DNA from: a virus
Lineage: Duplodnaviria; Caudoviricetes
Length of the DNA stretch: 64,000 bases
Reading direction: 5' to 3' (one strand)
IMG/VR virus record: IMGVR_UViG_3300028591_000072
Location: 32,001-96,000 of that record
Of the stretch, positions 1 through 9,560 are shown in pieces. Under the pieces are notes generated by a model. The model saw nothing but the letters and a program-made list of their open reading frames with translations, was not told the DNA's origin and searched no databases. The position numbers were made by a program, and so were the translations under genes. Position 1 is the first letter of the stretch, and the number at the start of each line of letters is the position of its first letter.

Positions 1-377
1 ACATTTTCCTCACCGCCAACAACCTCCATAAACTTCTCATACTCCCTACGGCAACTATTTTCAACTTGTTTCAGCAAAGATGATTCATCGTAGCATCCAC
101 GAATTTCATCGTTAAGGTACATTGAAATATCGCCCAAAATGCAATCCAATGCGCCACGAAGTGCTTCCTCGTCCAACTTCTTCACGTTATGTGAAAAGTT
201 CCAAGCAGAATCGTGGAAAGTTGTAGTCATTTTTCCGTGTTCGCTCCAAATCTTCAAATTAAACATATAGTGGGGCAAATTAAATTGTTTGATGCCCTTG
301 CTTTCGCCCTTCATAGTTGCAGAAACATTGATAGTTCCGATGCCTTCAACTTCAAATTTAATAGTGGTATTTCTCAT
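1..377 (-). CDS. hypothetical protein, runs off window start (MRNTTIKFEVEG...)
   Basis: Manually translated open frame from ATG at 377 to the window edge; sigma54-like motif upstream at 412-427. Confidence 0.7.
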   Translation of the reverse strand, partial: MRNTTIKFEVEGIGTINVSATMKGESKGIKQFNLPHYMFNLKIWSEHGKMTTTFHDSAWNFSHNVKKLDEEALRGALDCILGDISMYLNDEIRGCYDESSLLKQVENSCRREYEKFMEVVGGEEN

Positions 378-432
378 TGCTTTGTGTTTTTATTGTTACA
401 CTTGAATTATAATCAAATTCTATGCCAAACTA

Positions 433-606
433 TTAAAATTCTCCGACAAAATTATGATTCAAATCATAAACAAAAGTATGGGCAAAGCCATTTATTTTCT
501 TCCAAAGTTCTGCGTTTTCTTTCAAATACTTCGCATTGTCAATGCTGCAAATTTGCGCACCCCCGAAACTACCCTTCACAGGTGTAAAGTAATAATATTC
601 TTTCAT
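433..606 (-). CDS. small hypothetical protein, 57 aa (MKEYYYFTPVKG...), below ORF-track cutoff
   Basis: Manual translation ATG 606 to TAA 433; perfect sigma54-like motif at 640-655. Confidence 0.65.
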   Translation of the reverse strand: MKEYYYFTPVKGSFGGAQICSIDNAKYLKENAELWKKINGFAHTFVYDLNHNFVGEF

Positions 607-657
607 TGCTTTTCGTTTTAGTGTTACACTATAATAGTAAGCAACAATCGTGCCAAA

Positions 658-873
658 CTAATTAAAATGAATTAGAATATCATTAATTTTTGCACCAAAA
701 ATTTCAATTTGCTCAGTAAGATACTCCCAAGAAAACAAATCATCGTCACCGAATCCGTATTTGTCACGGATATAATCCTCCTCATCGCCTTTGTATTTGG
801 CTTCAATTTCGTTTTCATCGGCATTCTCAATGAATAACTGATGCTCTTTGTGGTCAATGATTGCAAGTAACAT
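658..873 (-). CDS. hypothetical protein
   Basis: ORF with upstream motif at 909-924. Confidence 0.7.
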   Translation of the reverse strand: MLLAIIDHKEHQLFIENADENEIEAKYKGDEEDYIRDKYGFGDDDLFSWEYLTEQIEIFGAKINDILIHFN

Positions 874-928
874 AATAATTTGAATTAAAGTTATACACTA
901 CAATAATAGGCAAAAAGTGTGCCAAAAA

Positions 929-1339
929 TTACAATTTGGACACAATTTTTTCAATGAAAACCCAATCAATAGGTGTTTTATTTGTGTAAGCATACCCATT
1001 ACAATATGTTTTCTTTTCAAACTCAATGATTTTGCCCTTTGTATTATTAAGTTTCTCTTGTAGTAAAGATTTCCATTTCTTTACATCTTTGCCTTGCAGA
1101 TATTCAAGTACAACATTACCCGAAGCCGTCCAATCGTAGTAACTCGGATTCCACGGTTTTCCACAAAGTTCACTTGAATTTATGACAAAAATGTTTTTTG
1201 ATGCCCTCCTAATGTTATGCGGATTTTCTTTTGAAACTTCATTGATGGCTTCGGTTATTGCCAAAACTAATTTAGCCTCCAACTCCTTCAATTCGTTGGC
1301 AATATCGTCAAACCTTTTCAATATGTTTTTTACTTCCAT
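929..1339 (-). CDS. hypothetical protein
   Basis: ORF in the minus-strand cluster. Confidence 0.7.
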   Translation of the reverse strand: MEVKNILKRFDDIANELKELEAKLVLAITEAINEVSKENPHNIRRASKNIFVINSSELCGKPWNPSYYDWTASGNVVLEYLQGKDVKKWKSLLQEKLNNTKGKIIEFEKKTYCNGYAYTNKTPIDWVFIEKIVSKL

Positions 1340-1351
1340 AATGATTTTAAT

Positions 1352-1657
1352 TTAATATCCAAAGGCTTTCAACATAGCACCAAAACTATCAAATTCTATA
1401 CCAAACTCATCGTGGGCTTGGTTGCTTCCGCAAGAGCATTTTACAACTTCTTCACCGCTTCCACACTCGCAGAGGTCAATTCCCCAATGATTAACGCAGT
1501 GGTTGCAGCAATAAGTTTTAGTAAGTCTTTTATATTTGCGCAGGTCAAGACCTATTTTCTTTGCAGTCTTTGGGTACATACTATTCGATGCACCATTATC
1601 AAAGTTAATTGTAATTGCTCCGCAAGCACACTTAAAATACGATTCAATGTTTGCCAT
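1352..1657 (-). CDS. Cys-rich (SEC-C-like, CxCGS) hypothetical protein
   Basis: CACG, CCNHC, CECGSG and CSCGS motifs; promoter motif at 1693-1708. Confidence 0.65.
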   Translation of the reverse strand: MANIESYFKCACGAITINFDNGASNSMYPKTAKKIGLDLRKYKRLTKTYCCNHCVNHWGIDLCECGSGEEVVKCSCGSNQAHDEFGIEFDSFGAMLKAFGY

Positions 1658-1791
1658 AGTTCTTTGCGTTTTAATTGTTCACTACAATATAAAGCAATAA
1701 TCGTGCCAAAATTCATGAAAAAAGAAAATCGTGAAAACTTTTTTTGTTCCCACGAAATTCAAATGTTCACTTTATTGTTTTGAAAGCCCTA

Positions 1792-2379
1792 TCAATGTAA
1801 TCCTATTGCCTTTTCCCAATCATAGGAATCAATTTGGGAAGGTCTGAAAAAGCCGTTCAAGCCCTTCAGTGCCTCGCCAAGTTTTTTCACTGCATTTTCA
1901 ACTTGCTCCTTATAGCGGTCATAGTTTTCGATGGCATCTTCCCACTTGCCAATTTGCTCGTTGCAAAGTTTTATTTGCTCGTTGCACTCATTTTCGGCAC
2001 CTTCGGCAACAATGCGCCCTTCCTCGTTGACAAATGCCTTCTTGCAGTTGTGGATGCTTGTGTGATAGATTTCCTTGTCGAAATATATCGTGCTTCCGTT
2101 GATTTGCGTGTCACGATTGAAAAGGTAAATCTTCAAAGTCTTATAACCCATATTGTAAGGGTCAGAGATGCCAATGTTAGCACCGATTTTGCACTCTTTC
2201 AAGCGGTTTTCAATCTCTGTTTGGAAACGCTTGTTGAAAACCTTGCCTTCCATTTTCTTTGCGCTTTCGGCAATGATTTGGAAAACGGCAATGATAGTTT
2301 TATATCCACCAATGATGGCGTTTCCGTACTTTACGAAATCTTCTTTCTTGCTGAATCTATTTGCAGTTGTGTTTAGCAT
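1792..2379 (-). CDS. hypothetical protein
   Basis: 195 aa ORF; promoter motif at 2414-2429. Confidence 0.75.
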   Translation of the reverse strand: MLNTTANRFSKKEDFVKYGNAIIGGYKTIIAVFQIIAESAKKMEGKVFNKRFQTEIENRLKECKIGANIGISDPYNMGYKTLKIYLFNRDTQINGSTIYFDKEIYHTSIHNCKKAFVNEEGRIVAEGAENECNEQIKLCNEQIGKWEDAIENYDRYKEQVENAVKKLGEALKGLNGFFRPSQIDSYDWEKAIGLH

Positions 2380-2628
2380 AATTTTAATTTTTAATTGTTT
2401 GTACTTATTACCTTACAAATATCGTGCCAAACTATTCCTTCCACCATTCGGCAATCCAACTTCTTTTTGCACAAATTGGATATGTTTCCATTGCTTACTT
2501 TAAGGTTTTGCAGTGTGTATTGAATGAATAAAAACTACCTTTTAATCTAATGTGTACTTCCATAGTGTTTTTGTATTTGATTGTCCACTACAATTATATG
2601 CAAATTGTATGCCAAACTTGTTTTGAAA

Positions 2629-3018
2629 TCAAACAAATTTAGTAACCCATCCATTTTTATCCTTATAATAGTAATAGCCATCCCGAGACAAACAAGTTTT
2701 GTTTTTATTATACAAGTTGTTTTTTTTCAAAAACTCAACAAACCTATTATGGTATTCCTTAAATTTATTGTAATTAAGTTCAAGAATTGTATAGGCTTGC
2801 GTCCAACGATGTGACCTAACAATGTCATTCTGCAACCTTACAAAGTGTTCAAAAATCTCCGTAAGTTTTTCTCTATCCGCAAGTTTATCATCGTATTCCG
2901 CTATCTCAATCTCTGAAAGTTGCTCTACAACCGAAAGCCTAAATCTCCAATTCATTACTTTAATCATTGATTTTGCAGCATCGAATTGTTCAAGGTGTAT
3001 TTTTTGTAGTTCTGCCAT
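2629..3018 (-). CDS. hypothetical protein
   Basis: 129 aa ORF; variant promoter motif at 3054-3069. Confidence 0.7.
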   Translation of the reverse strand: MAELQKIHLEQFDAAKSMIKVMNWRFRLSVVEQLSEIEIAEYDDKLADREKLTEIFEHFVRLQNDIVRSHRWTQAYTILELNYNKFKEYHNRFVEFLKKNNLYNKNKTCLSRDGYYYYKDKNGWVTKFV

Positions 3019-3100
3019 TATATAAAGTATTTAAATCATACACCACAATAATACACAAAAACCATACCAAAAATAACGCATTTGCGTATATTAAATAAAA

Positions 3101-3126
3101 AAAGCGGGATTTTTTGTCCCGCTTTT
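3101..3126. terminator. intrinsic terminator
   Basis: AAAGCGGGA...TCCCGCTTTT hairpin with A/T tracts just downstream of 3146. Confidence 0.7.
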
Positions 3127-3145
3127 ATTTTGCTGAGTTGTGAAC

Positions 3146-3739
3146 TTATCTTTCAGCCCATTGAAGATTATCAACTCTATTGTTGTGGTAGTCACCATCA
3201 ATGTGGATAATCATATAGACCTTTGGGTCTTTCGCTTCAAGGAAGGCATCGGCAACCATATACTTTACATCTGGACAAGTGTTGAGGGTCTTTCCGTTTA
3301 CCTTTGCATTCAAGTGGAATTGCATTGCGTTTCTCGTTGGGGCATCGTATCCCTCGCTGATACTGCAATTCATAGCATTGTTGACATCAATGGTTTTTAA
3401 CCTGCCAAAATTGCTGACTTCATAGAAACAGCCATAGTCAACTTCTCCGTCAAAATACCTTCCAACATTTTGGACAGGCTTCCATTCTTCACCTTCGCAC
3501 TTTGCCACCATTTCGGCAACTTTCTTGTTATTGGGAAGGACAATACTATTAAAGTAGTCCTGCACACCCATATTTGCAGGTTTGGAAAAAACGACCTTTT
3601 TCTTTGGCTGAAAAATAATCTTATTCCCAAACTCGACAAAATCGGTTACGCTTACACCAAACTTTGAGGCAACCATCTTTGCGGTTTGCCTCGCACTGAA
3701 TCCCGAAGGAATACAGAATGAATCGTTCTTCTTAATCAT
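3146..3739 (-). CDS. NUMOD4 + HNH endonuclease-like protein
   Basis: EEWKPV...YEVSNFGRLK (NUMOD4) and IIHIDGDYHNNRVDNLQW (HNH_3-type). Confidence 0.75.
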   Translation of the reverse strand: MIKKNDSFCIPSGFSARQTAKMVASKFGVSVTDFVEFGNKIIFQPKKKVVFSKPANMGVQDYFNSIVLPNNKKVAEMVAKCEGEEWKPVQNVGRYFDGEVDYGCFYEVSNFGRLKTIDVNNAMNCSISEGYDAPTRNAMQFHLNAKVNGKTLNTCPDVKYMVADAFLEAKDPKVYMIIHIDGDYHNNRVDNLQWAER

Positions 3740-3815
3740 TGCTTTGTAATTTAGGGTTAAACATTTAATGAACTACTTTCATATATGCAAATACTATGCC
3801 GAAATTTGAATTTTT

Positions 3816-3962
3816 TCAAATTATTTCCAAATCAACACCACAAGGAGATACATTTATAATGTAATTTAATGCTTCTTCATGTGTTTCAAACTCGGTTTTT
3901 ACATCGGCATCTTCCCATTTTACGAAGTCACCATCTTCATTTTTGTAGGCTATTGTGTACAT
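3816..3962 (-). CDS. small hypothetical protein, 48 aa (MYTIAYKNEDG...)
   Basis: Internal ATG of the 3816..4148 ORF, directly downstream of the promoter motif at 3997-4012. Confidence 0.6.
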   Translation of the reverse strand: MYTIAYKNEDGDFVKWEDADVKTEFETHEEALNYIINVSPCGVDLEII

Positions 3963-4066
3963 TATATTTTGTGTTTTAAAATTACACTTCAATATATGCA
4001 AAAAACGTGCCGTTTTTTTCAAAAAAACACAAAAAAGGCGACATTTTTTTGCCGCCATTTTGATAA

Positions 4067-4516
4067 CTATTCTGACAATTTTCGTTGCAGGTCGCTTATA
4101 CGCTTGTAAAAACCTGCTGTGTGCATTGATTGTATTTTTAAATAGCAAGTGTCATAGTGGTGCATAAATTCATGCAACAATGTTTCTGAAAACACTTTTA
4201 TTGATATTGTTTGTTTGCGTATTGCAGTTGTGTTATAGATTGTAATTGTATTTAAAATAGGTTTGTAAAAACCAAAAGTTTTTGATTTTAATTTACCACT
4301 ATATCCCGTTGAATGAGGTTGTGGTGTGTTTGTAACAAGCACCGACACACTTGGAATGTGGAATTTGCCACAAAGGTAGTTTACCAATGCTTGCGCCAAT
4401 TTTTGCCTATTCCCATCCTGCAAAAGTTTTTGATATTCGGTTTTGCTAAACCTATTCAATGCAATCGTTTCAATTTTGTTTGACTTTTCGTAATCTTTTT
4501 CATTCGTGTTTTTCAT
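4067..4516 (-). CDS. putative Zn metallopeptidase (HExxH, SprT-like)
   Basis: TLLHEFMHH...H motif. Confidence 0.6.
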   Translation of the reverse strand: MKNTNEKDYEKSNKIETIALNRFSKTEYQKLLQDGNRQKLAQALVNYLCGKFHIPSVSVLVTNTPQPHSTGYSGKLKSKTFGFYKPILNTITIYNTTAIRKQTISIKVFSETLLHEFMHHYDTCYLKIQSMHTAGFYKRISDLQRKLSE

Positions 4517-4786
4517 GCCAATTGTATTTTAGTGTTACATTACAATGATAAACAAAAACCTTGCCAAAATTATAATTTGTAGAAAAATATTGACACTTTT
4601 TTAGTAAAAAAATCGTTTGGAAAATGCACAAAAACCAAACGAATATTTATAAAACCAAACTATTCGGACGAATAGCAATGCATTTTTTTAAAAAAGCAAA
4701 AACAAAATGATTATGTAATTACAATAACATACAATTCTAATGCCAAAATTGATTGATTTGAATTTTTACAACACAAAAAATGAGAA

Positions 4787-4999
4787 TTAGTCTTCATAAT
4801 CAAGCTTGGAAAGAACTAATTTAGCATTTAATGATTCAAGCGCATTTATACGGTTAGTTAAGTAATCACGCAAATCAGGAAGATACCTGTTATCAAAAGA
4901 CTTTACATTATCTCTTCGCTTAATAAGTTCGCTTCTTTCTCTTTGAACAAGAGTAAGAAGAATTAATTCTTCTTGAGTCGTAAGTTTTAAATCCTTCAT
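4787..4999 (-). CDS. hypothetical protein
   Basis: 70 aa ORF; shares the MKDLK start with its neighbour. Confidence 0.6.
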   Translation of the reverse strand: MKDLKLTTQEELILLTLVQRERSELIKRRDNVKSFDNRYLPDLRDYLTNRINALESLNAKLVLSKLDYED

Positions 5000-5023
5000 A
5001 AGTTTTAATGTTAAATTATAATT

Positions 5024-5275
5024 TTATTCGTTTACCTCTTTCAGAATTCCATCGGCCACCAACTCGTTGACAGTCGGAAAATCCACTTTCATATATTCGC
5101 TCGAAGTGATAGGATAGGCAATGCCGTTGACCATATCGAGCTTTGCGTCATAACTTGCACCTATATTGTAGAAGCATTCGCCATCAGCGGCTTCAAAGTG
5201 ACGGAACGCAGCGATTTCGTCCGAGCCTCTAACCTTTGTATTTATAATTTCCATGGTTTGTTTTAAATCCTTCAT
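5024..5275 (-). CDS. hypothetical protein
   Basis: 83 aa ORF; variant promoter motif at 5317-5332. Confidence 0.65.
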   Translation of the reverse strand: MKDLKQTMEIINTKVRGSDEIAAFRHFEAADGECFYNIGASYDAKLDMVNGIAYPITSSEYMKVDFPTVNELVADGILKEVNE

Positions 5276-5615
5276 AATCTTTAATAGTTAAACAATAGGT
5301 GAACTAACGCTTTATTATCAACAACCTTGCTAAAATTGTGCAATTATAATTTTTTTCAACATAAAAATTAATATTTGGTTTAAAGCCGTTTTTATTCGTT
5401 TTAAAAGACTTTTAATTGTAATGATATAAGATTAATATAATTATAATTGGCGGCATTGTGGGGCATATACGGGGGCATAACGGGCGTTATCCCTACGGCC
5501 CACTGACGAGCGGGCTTTTTTTATATATGGGTGCACAATTGCTTTTCAGAATTTTACCCAAAAATTTTCGTTTTTTTATAGGGGGGGGGTCTTTTTTTCA
5601 ATAGGTACTACTTTT

Positions 5616-6734
5616 TCAAAAAATTTTTTTCCCGGAATTTTTATCAAAATAATTATAAAGTTTATTATGTTTCCATAGCCAATGATAAACAGTAAAATTA
5701 TTAAGTCTTAACTCATTTTTTGTTTCATATTTTGTAACAACACTTAAAATAAAATCATCAGTATAGTTATTTTTTACGGCTAATATTTTGAATTTTGTAT
5801 TTGGAAAGCATTCTTTTTTTAAATTTAAATTAATCATTTTATTATACATAGTCCTATTTTTCCTATACATTTCTTCTTGATTTTTATATTTTTTTGCTTC
5901 TAAAATAACGTCTTCAACACTAATTTCTGTTTGTTTGGTATTACCTCCAAGGCTTCCGCATTTACATTTATTAATCAAAACATATCCATTATCTTTGTAA
6001 TAATTTGCCCAATATTGTTCTTTTTCTTTAGATTCAAGCCTTGTTAAATTTGTCTCAAGTATTTTAGGCTCAGGTATTTCGACATTATTTTCTTCTGAAT
6101 ATTTAAATACGCTATCTTTCTTTTTTTTATACCTATGTTGAACATCTCTTTTATGTAAACTAAAAGTTAATCCAACATAAACATGCTTATTAGGAAACTC
6201 GTAAACGTAAACGGTTTGTGTTCTTGAGTTACTTTCAATATCTTCAAGCCAAATATAATCATCAATCCACCTATTGGATTTAGATTTATAATACGCTTTT
6301 TTGTCAAATCTCCTAAAATCCATGCGTGTTTTATATTTCTTTGCGGTTTCAAGGCAAAACTCGTATGTGTATATTTGTTTTTTTTCATTGTAGCATTTCC
6401 AACACCCAACACTATTAAGATGATTTTTTGGCTTTTGATAAAATTCTCCATGCGCTGGACAAATTATGCACACACTTGTGTTTGAGTCAATATATTTTGT
6501 TTTACTATAATCATATTTGTCACCATGAATTTTTTTTGCCTTATCTATGAAAATTTTTGTTTTTTCTTCGCAAGATAAAGTGTGCTTTATTGTTTTTTTA
6601 CAAATTGGGCATTCTTGCCCTTGCAAATGTTTATATGGCTCAATTTCAAACTCTCCATGTTCTTCACAAACTAATTTTATTGGTGTATGAGAATTTACAT
6701 AATTAATGGGAACTATATACTTGATGGCACAAAG
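5616..6734 (-). pseudogene. 5'-truncated GIY-YIG homing endonuclease with Cys/His (DUF723-like) repeats
   Basis: VYVYEF...VYVGLT...E...N GIY-YIG core; the frame continues upstream of 6626 (NYVNSHTPIKLVCEEHGEF) with no ATG and ends at a dispersed repeat (6709-6733) and a stop at 6735. Confidence 0.65.
6709..6733 (+). repeat. dispersed 25-bp repeat G(G/T)AACTATRTAC(A/T)TGATGGYACAAA, copy 1
   Basis: Near-identical copies at 33543-33567 (-) and 39861-39885 (+); partial copies at 26147-26158, 58729-58738, 58752-58763, 58869-58880. Confidence 0.8.
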
Positions 6735-6894
6735 TCAGTCTGAACAAAGTCATAATAGAGTATAACTTCTCTTTCTTGTTCAGATGTATAGCAATATGCG
6801 GTTTTCCAATCATTTGTTTTAATGTTTTGCCCAGCAATGTTTCCTAAATATTTCATTTTTCAGACTATTTATATATGATATTATTCGCAAAGAT

Positions 6895-7926
6895 ATGAAC
6901 ATTTCCGAAAACCATAACACATCTGTAGGAAAATACGGTGAGGAATTAACAAGACTCATGGAAAAAAATGGGATAATCCCAAAGTATCTATTGTCTTCAT
7001 GTAGATTTCATATGGAAAACAAAGTGCCTATAAAAACTCTTTCATTGTTGTTCAAACAATGGAATACTTATGTTATGAGGAACAATCCAATTGATGTGAA
7101 TACACTCACATATAATGAGTTTAGGGAAATGTTGAACAAATGCAAAAGAGATTTTGGCATTCCGAACAAAGTGTATGATGATGGACAAGTTTCAATTGGT
7201 GAAATACATTCTAATAAAGATATTGAACGATTTCCATTGAAAAACAATTTGTGTATTAAATACCCAAGGGAATATGCTAAATACATAAACCAAGGATTTA
7301 AGTTCTACATGATTGACAACGGGGATGAATCTGACTATGTTAGGTATGTCATATTGATGGTTGGGAGAAACGGAGAGAAGAGTTACTATGATTTAGATAA
7401 CTCACAATTAACTGAAAGAAGTGTAAACGTATTTCAGTCACACCTCACGCCAAATGCGTTGTCATTCATACAAAACATAAACACAGAAAATAACCAAGAA
7501 ATAAAAGAGAATAGAAATATGAATAAGAAACAAAAAATTAGAATCAACGAGAACCAATTAAGGAGAATCGTCACGGAATCCGTAAAAAGGGTATTAAATG
7601 AGATTGGGTATAATCAGTTTTCTGATGATGATTTTGGTGGTAGTGGTGACCCGTATGGGTTGGTTGATTCTGATATTGAGGAATCCAATGATTCGTTGGA
7701 TGGGTATTATGATACATTTAACAACATATCGGTCAGGATTGTGCATGACGGAAAGCCTAATGTTGCTGTTGCTGTATCCGCAAAGGGTAATGGAAACGGT
7801 AATGGACGTGTGGTATTCAGGGGTGTTGAAGCCCAAGAGATTCTTAATAAGATAAAATCTGGGGCTGAAGAGTATGGAAACATTAACATTTCAATGTACA
7901 GGAATCTTTACAAGTATGTACTATAA
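6895..7926 (+). CDS. putative virion (head-associated) protein
   Basis: Late motif upstream; internal INENQLRRIVTESVKRVLNE motif shared with other late proteins. Confidence 0.65.
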   Translation: MNISENHNTSVGKYGEELTRLMEKNGIIPKYLLSSCRFHMENKVPIKTLSLLFKQWNTYVMRNNPIDVNTLTYNEFREMLNKCKRDFGIPNKVYDDGQVSIGEIHSNKDIERFPLKNNLCIKYPREYAKYINQGFKFYMIDNGDESDYVRYVILMVGRNGEKSYYDLDNSQLTERSVNVFQSHLTPNALSFIQNINTENNQEIKENRNMNKKQKIRINENQLRRIVTESVKRVLNEIGYNQFSDDDFGGSGDPYGLVDSDIEESNDSLDGYYDTFNNISVRIVHDGKPNVAVAVSAKGNGNGNGRVVFRGVEAQEILNKIKSGAEEYGNINISMYRNLYKYVL

Positions 7927-7947
7927 TATTTAAAATTTGTATTTTAT

Positions 7948-9105
7948 ATGGAAAAGAATTTTGTTCCAAATGTTCAGTGGATGTCTAAGAAGTATGACGA
8001 GATGAATGCCTGGTTGTTTAATGGAAAGTTGGGTAGGTGCATGTTTGACGTTTTCACGACAGGAAAGGGTTCTGGCGGAAATGTTCTTGGATGGTTTAAG
8101 ATAACGGGCCAAGGAATAAAGATTGATAGGAGGAATGGCAAGATGTTCCGTGACAATTATTTTGACAGGGAGTTTGTAAACCGTAACAATTTTGTTGCGT
8201 TATGCCAGCCAAAGATTGAACTGAATGGCAATTATCACGGAACCGAACATGGGTTTTTAAGCACGTTGGTGCATGAGATGTGCCATTATTACACATATAT
8301 GGAAGGATGGGCACCGAAGCAGGCTCATGGAAGAGAGTTTAGGGATATTGGTAGCGTTGTCGCTTCAAGGTCGAATGGAATGTTCACTGTACAGAGGATT
8401 GCCACGGCAGAACAAATGTCTGAACTTGAACTTAGCGATGAAATGAAAGCAAAGAGAGAAAAAAGGTTGGCCAACAAGAAAGCAGCAGTTAGTGCCGTTG
8501 TTGTTTTCAAGAATGATGGTGATGTTGAACTTACCATTACATCCAGCCAACCTGTCATTGATAAGATTAAAATGTATTATGAAAAATCAGGAGAAACCGT
8601 TGTAGTAAACAACAATTCGGACGTAATTGAATTTTTGTTTTCAAAAGGATATAAGAAGAATGTTCGCACATGGAGATATTGGAATCTTGAGGAAAAGCCT
8701 TGGCTTGATGAATTGAAAAATATGCTATTTGGGTTTGAGAATAATGCCGAAACTGACATTGATGGGCCTAAAAGTGAAGAAAATGTTGAGCCAAGTAAAA
8801 TATTCACAATAAAGACAAGTACGGGTACATTTGAATGTAATGCAGATTCAAAAGAACATTTAATAATTGCAATTAAACAACGTTTTCCAAAGATGAGTGA
8901 CGAGACAGTAGAAAAAGTTATAAACAACCCGGCAAATTACAAGGAAGCAACATCGTTCGTTAGGGAAGAAAGGAATATTCTGAAAGAGATACTTGATGAA
9001 TTCATTGAGAATGAAGGATTGAAAAACAACGGAATTGAAAACTGCGTTGAAATAAATCCTGATATGAATTTGGGTGAATATTCCCCATTAGAAATTAAAC
9101 AATAA
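7948..9105 (+). CDS. SprT-like zinc metalloprotease
   Basis: N...F.GKL; TLVHEMCH...AHGREF. Confidence 0.75.
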   Translation: MEKNFVPNVQWMSKKYDEMNAWLFNGKLGRCMFDVFTTGKGSGGNVLGWFKITGQGIKIDRRNGKMFRDNYFDREFVNRNNFVALCQPKIELNGNYHGTEHGFLSTLVHEMCHYYTYMEGWAPKQAHGREFRDIGSVVASRSNGMFTVQRIATAEQMSELELSDEMKAKREKRLANKKAAVSAVVVFKNDGDVELTITSSQPVIDKIKMYYEKSGETVVVNNNSDVIEFLFSKGYKKNVRTWRYWNLEEKPWLDELKNMLFGFENNAETDIDGPKSEENVEPSKIFTIKTSTGTFECNADSKEHLIIAIKQRFPKMSDETVEKVINNPANYKEATSFVREERNILKEILDEFIENEGLKNNGIENCVEINPDMNLGEYSPLEIKQ

Positions 9106-9120
9106 TCAACAAATAAAATA

Positions 9121-9459
9121 ATGAACATGAAAGTAAGAATTAACGAACAGCATTTGTCAAAAATTGTGTCTGAATCTTTTAAAAAAATTATAGAAAATAC
9201 AAAACAAGAAGAAAATGGTTGGAGAATAAATCCTGAAACTAAAATGTGGGAAAAGGAAGAATTTCCATATAAAGGTCAACATGGAAATGATGGGTATGAA
9301 GATGTTGAAGTTTTTAACGTTTTAAATAATAATTTTGATGGGAATTGGCATGATATTCTTATGGCAAAACTTTATGATAAGAATGGGGAATGCCTTGGTA
9401 GATTAAGAGACATGCATTTTGTATATGATATTGGCAAAAACAGATTTGTTGGAATTTAA
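9121..9459 (+). CDS. putative virion protein
   Basis: N-terminal INEQHLSKIVSESFKKIIE motif. Confidence 0.65.
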   Translation: MNMKVRINEQHLSKIVSESFKKIIENTKQEENGWRINPETKMWEKEEFPYKGQHGNDGYEDVEVFNVLNNNFDGNWHDILMAKLYDKNGECLGRLRDMHFVYDIGKNRFVGI

Positions 9460-9513
9460 TTATTTAAATTAATGTTGCTATGAATTTACATACAAAAACT
9501 GTGCAAAATATTA

Positions 9514-9544
9514 AAAGGGCAACGAGTTATCGCTACCCATTTTC
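9514..9544. terminator. bidirectional terminator; sequence-related hairpins at 22981-23010 and 32887-32918
   Basis: GGGYRRCGA(G/A)T(T/A)ATCGYYACCC hairpins at three convergent gene junctions. Confidence 0.7.
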
Positions 9545-9560
9545 GTTTAATTTGATAAAA

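Larger units (their letters stand above)
412..5332 (-). promoter_or_regulatory. 12 dispersed sigma54-like (-24/-12) promoter motifs, consensus TGGCAYRNNNNTTGC/T
   Basis: Minus-strand copies at 412-427, 640-655 (TGGCACGATTGTTGCT), 909-924, 1693-1708, 2414-2429, 2599-2614, 3054-3069, 3786-3801, 3997-4012, 4551-4566, 4730-4745, 5317-5332; nearly all lie just upstream of a small minus-strand ORF. Confidence 0.75.

Noticed and set aside
5498-5522. CTGACGAG resembling a hammerhead ribozyme core
   Set aside because: No downstream GAAA or stem II/III; it is the loop of a GCCC/GGGC hairpin with a T-tract
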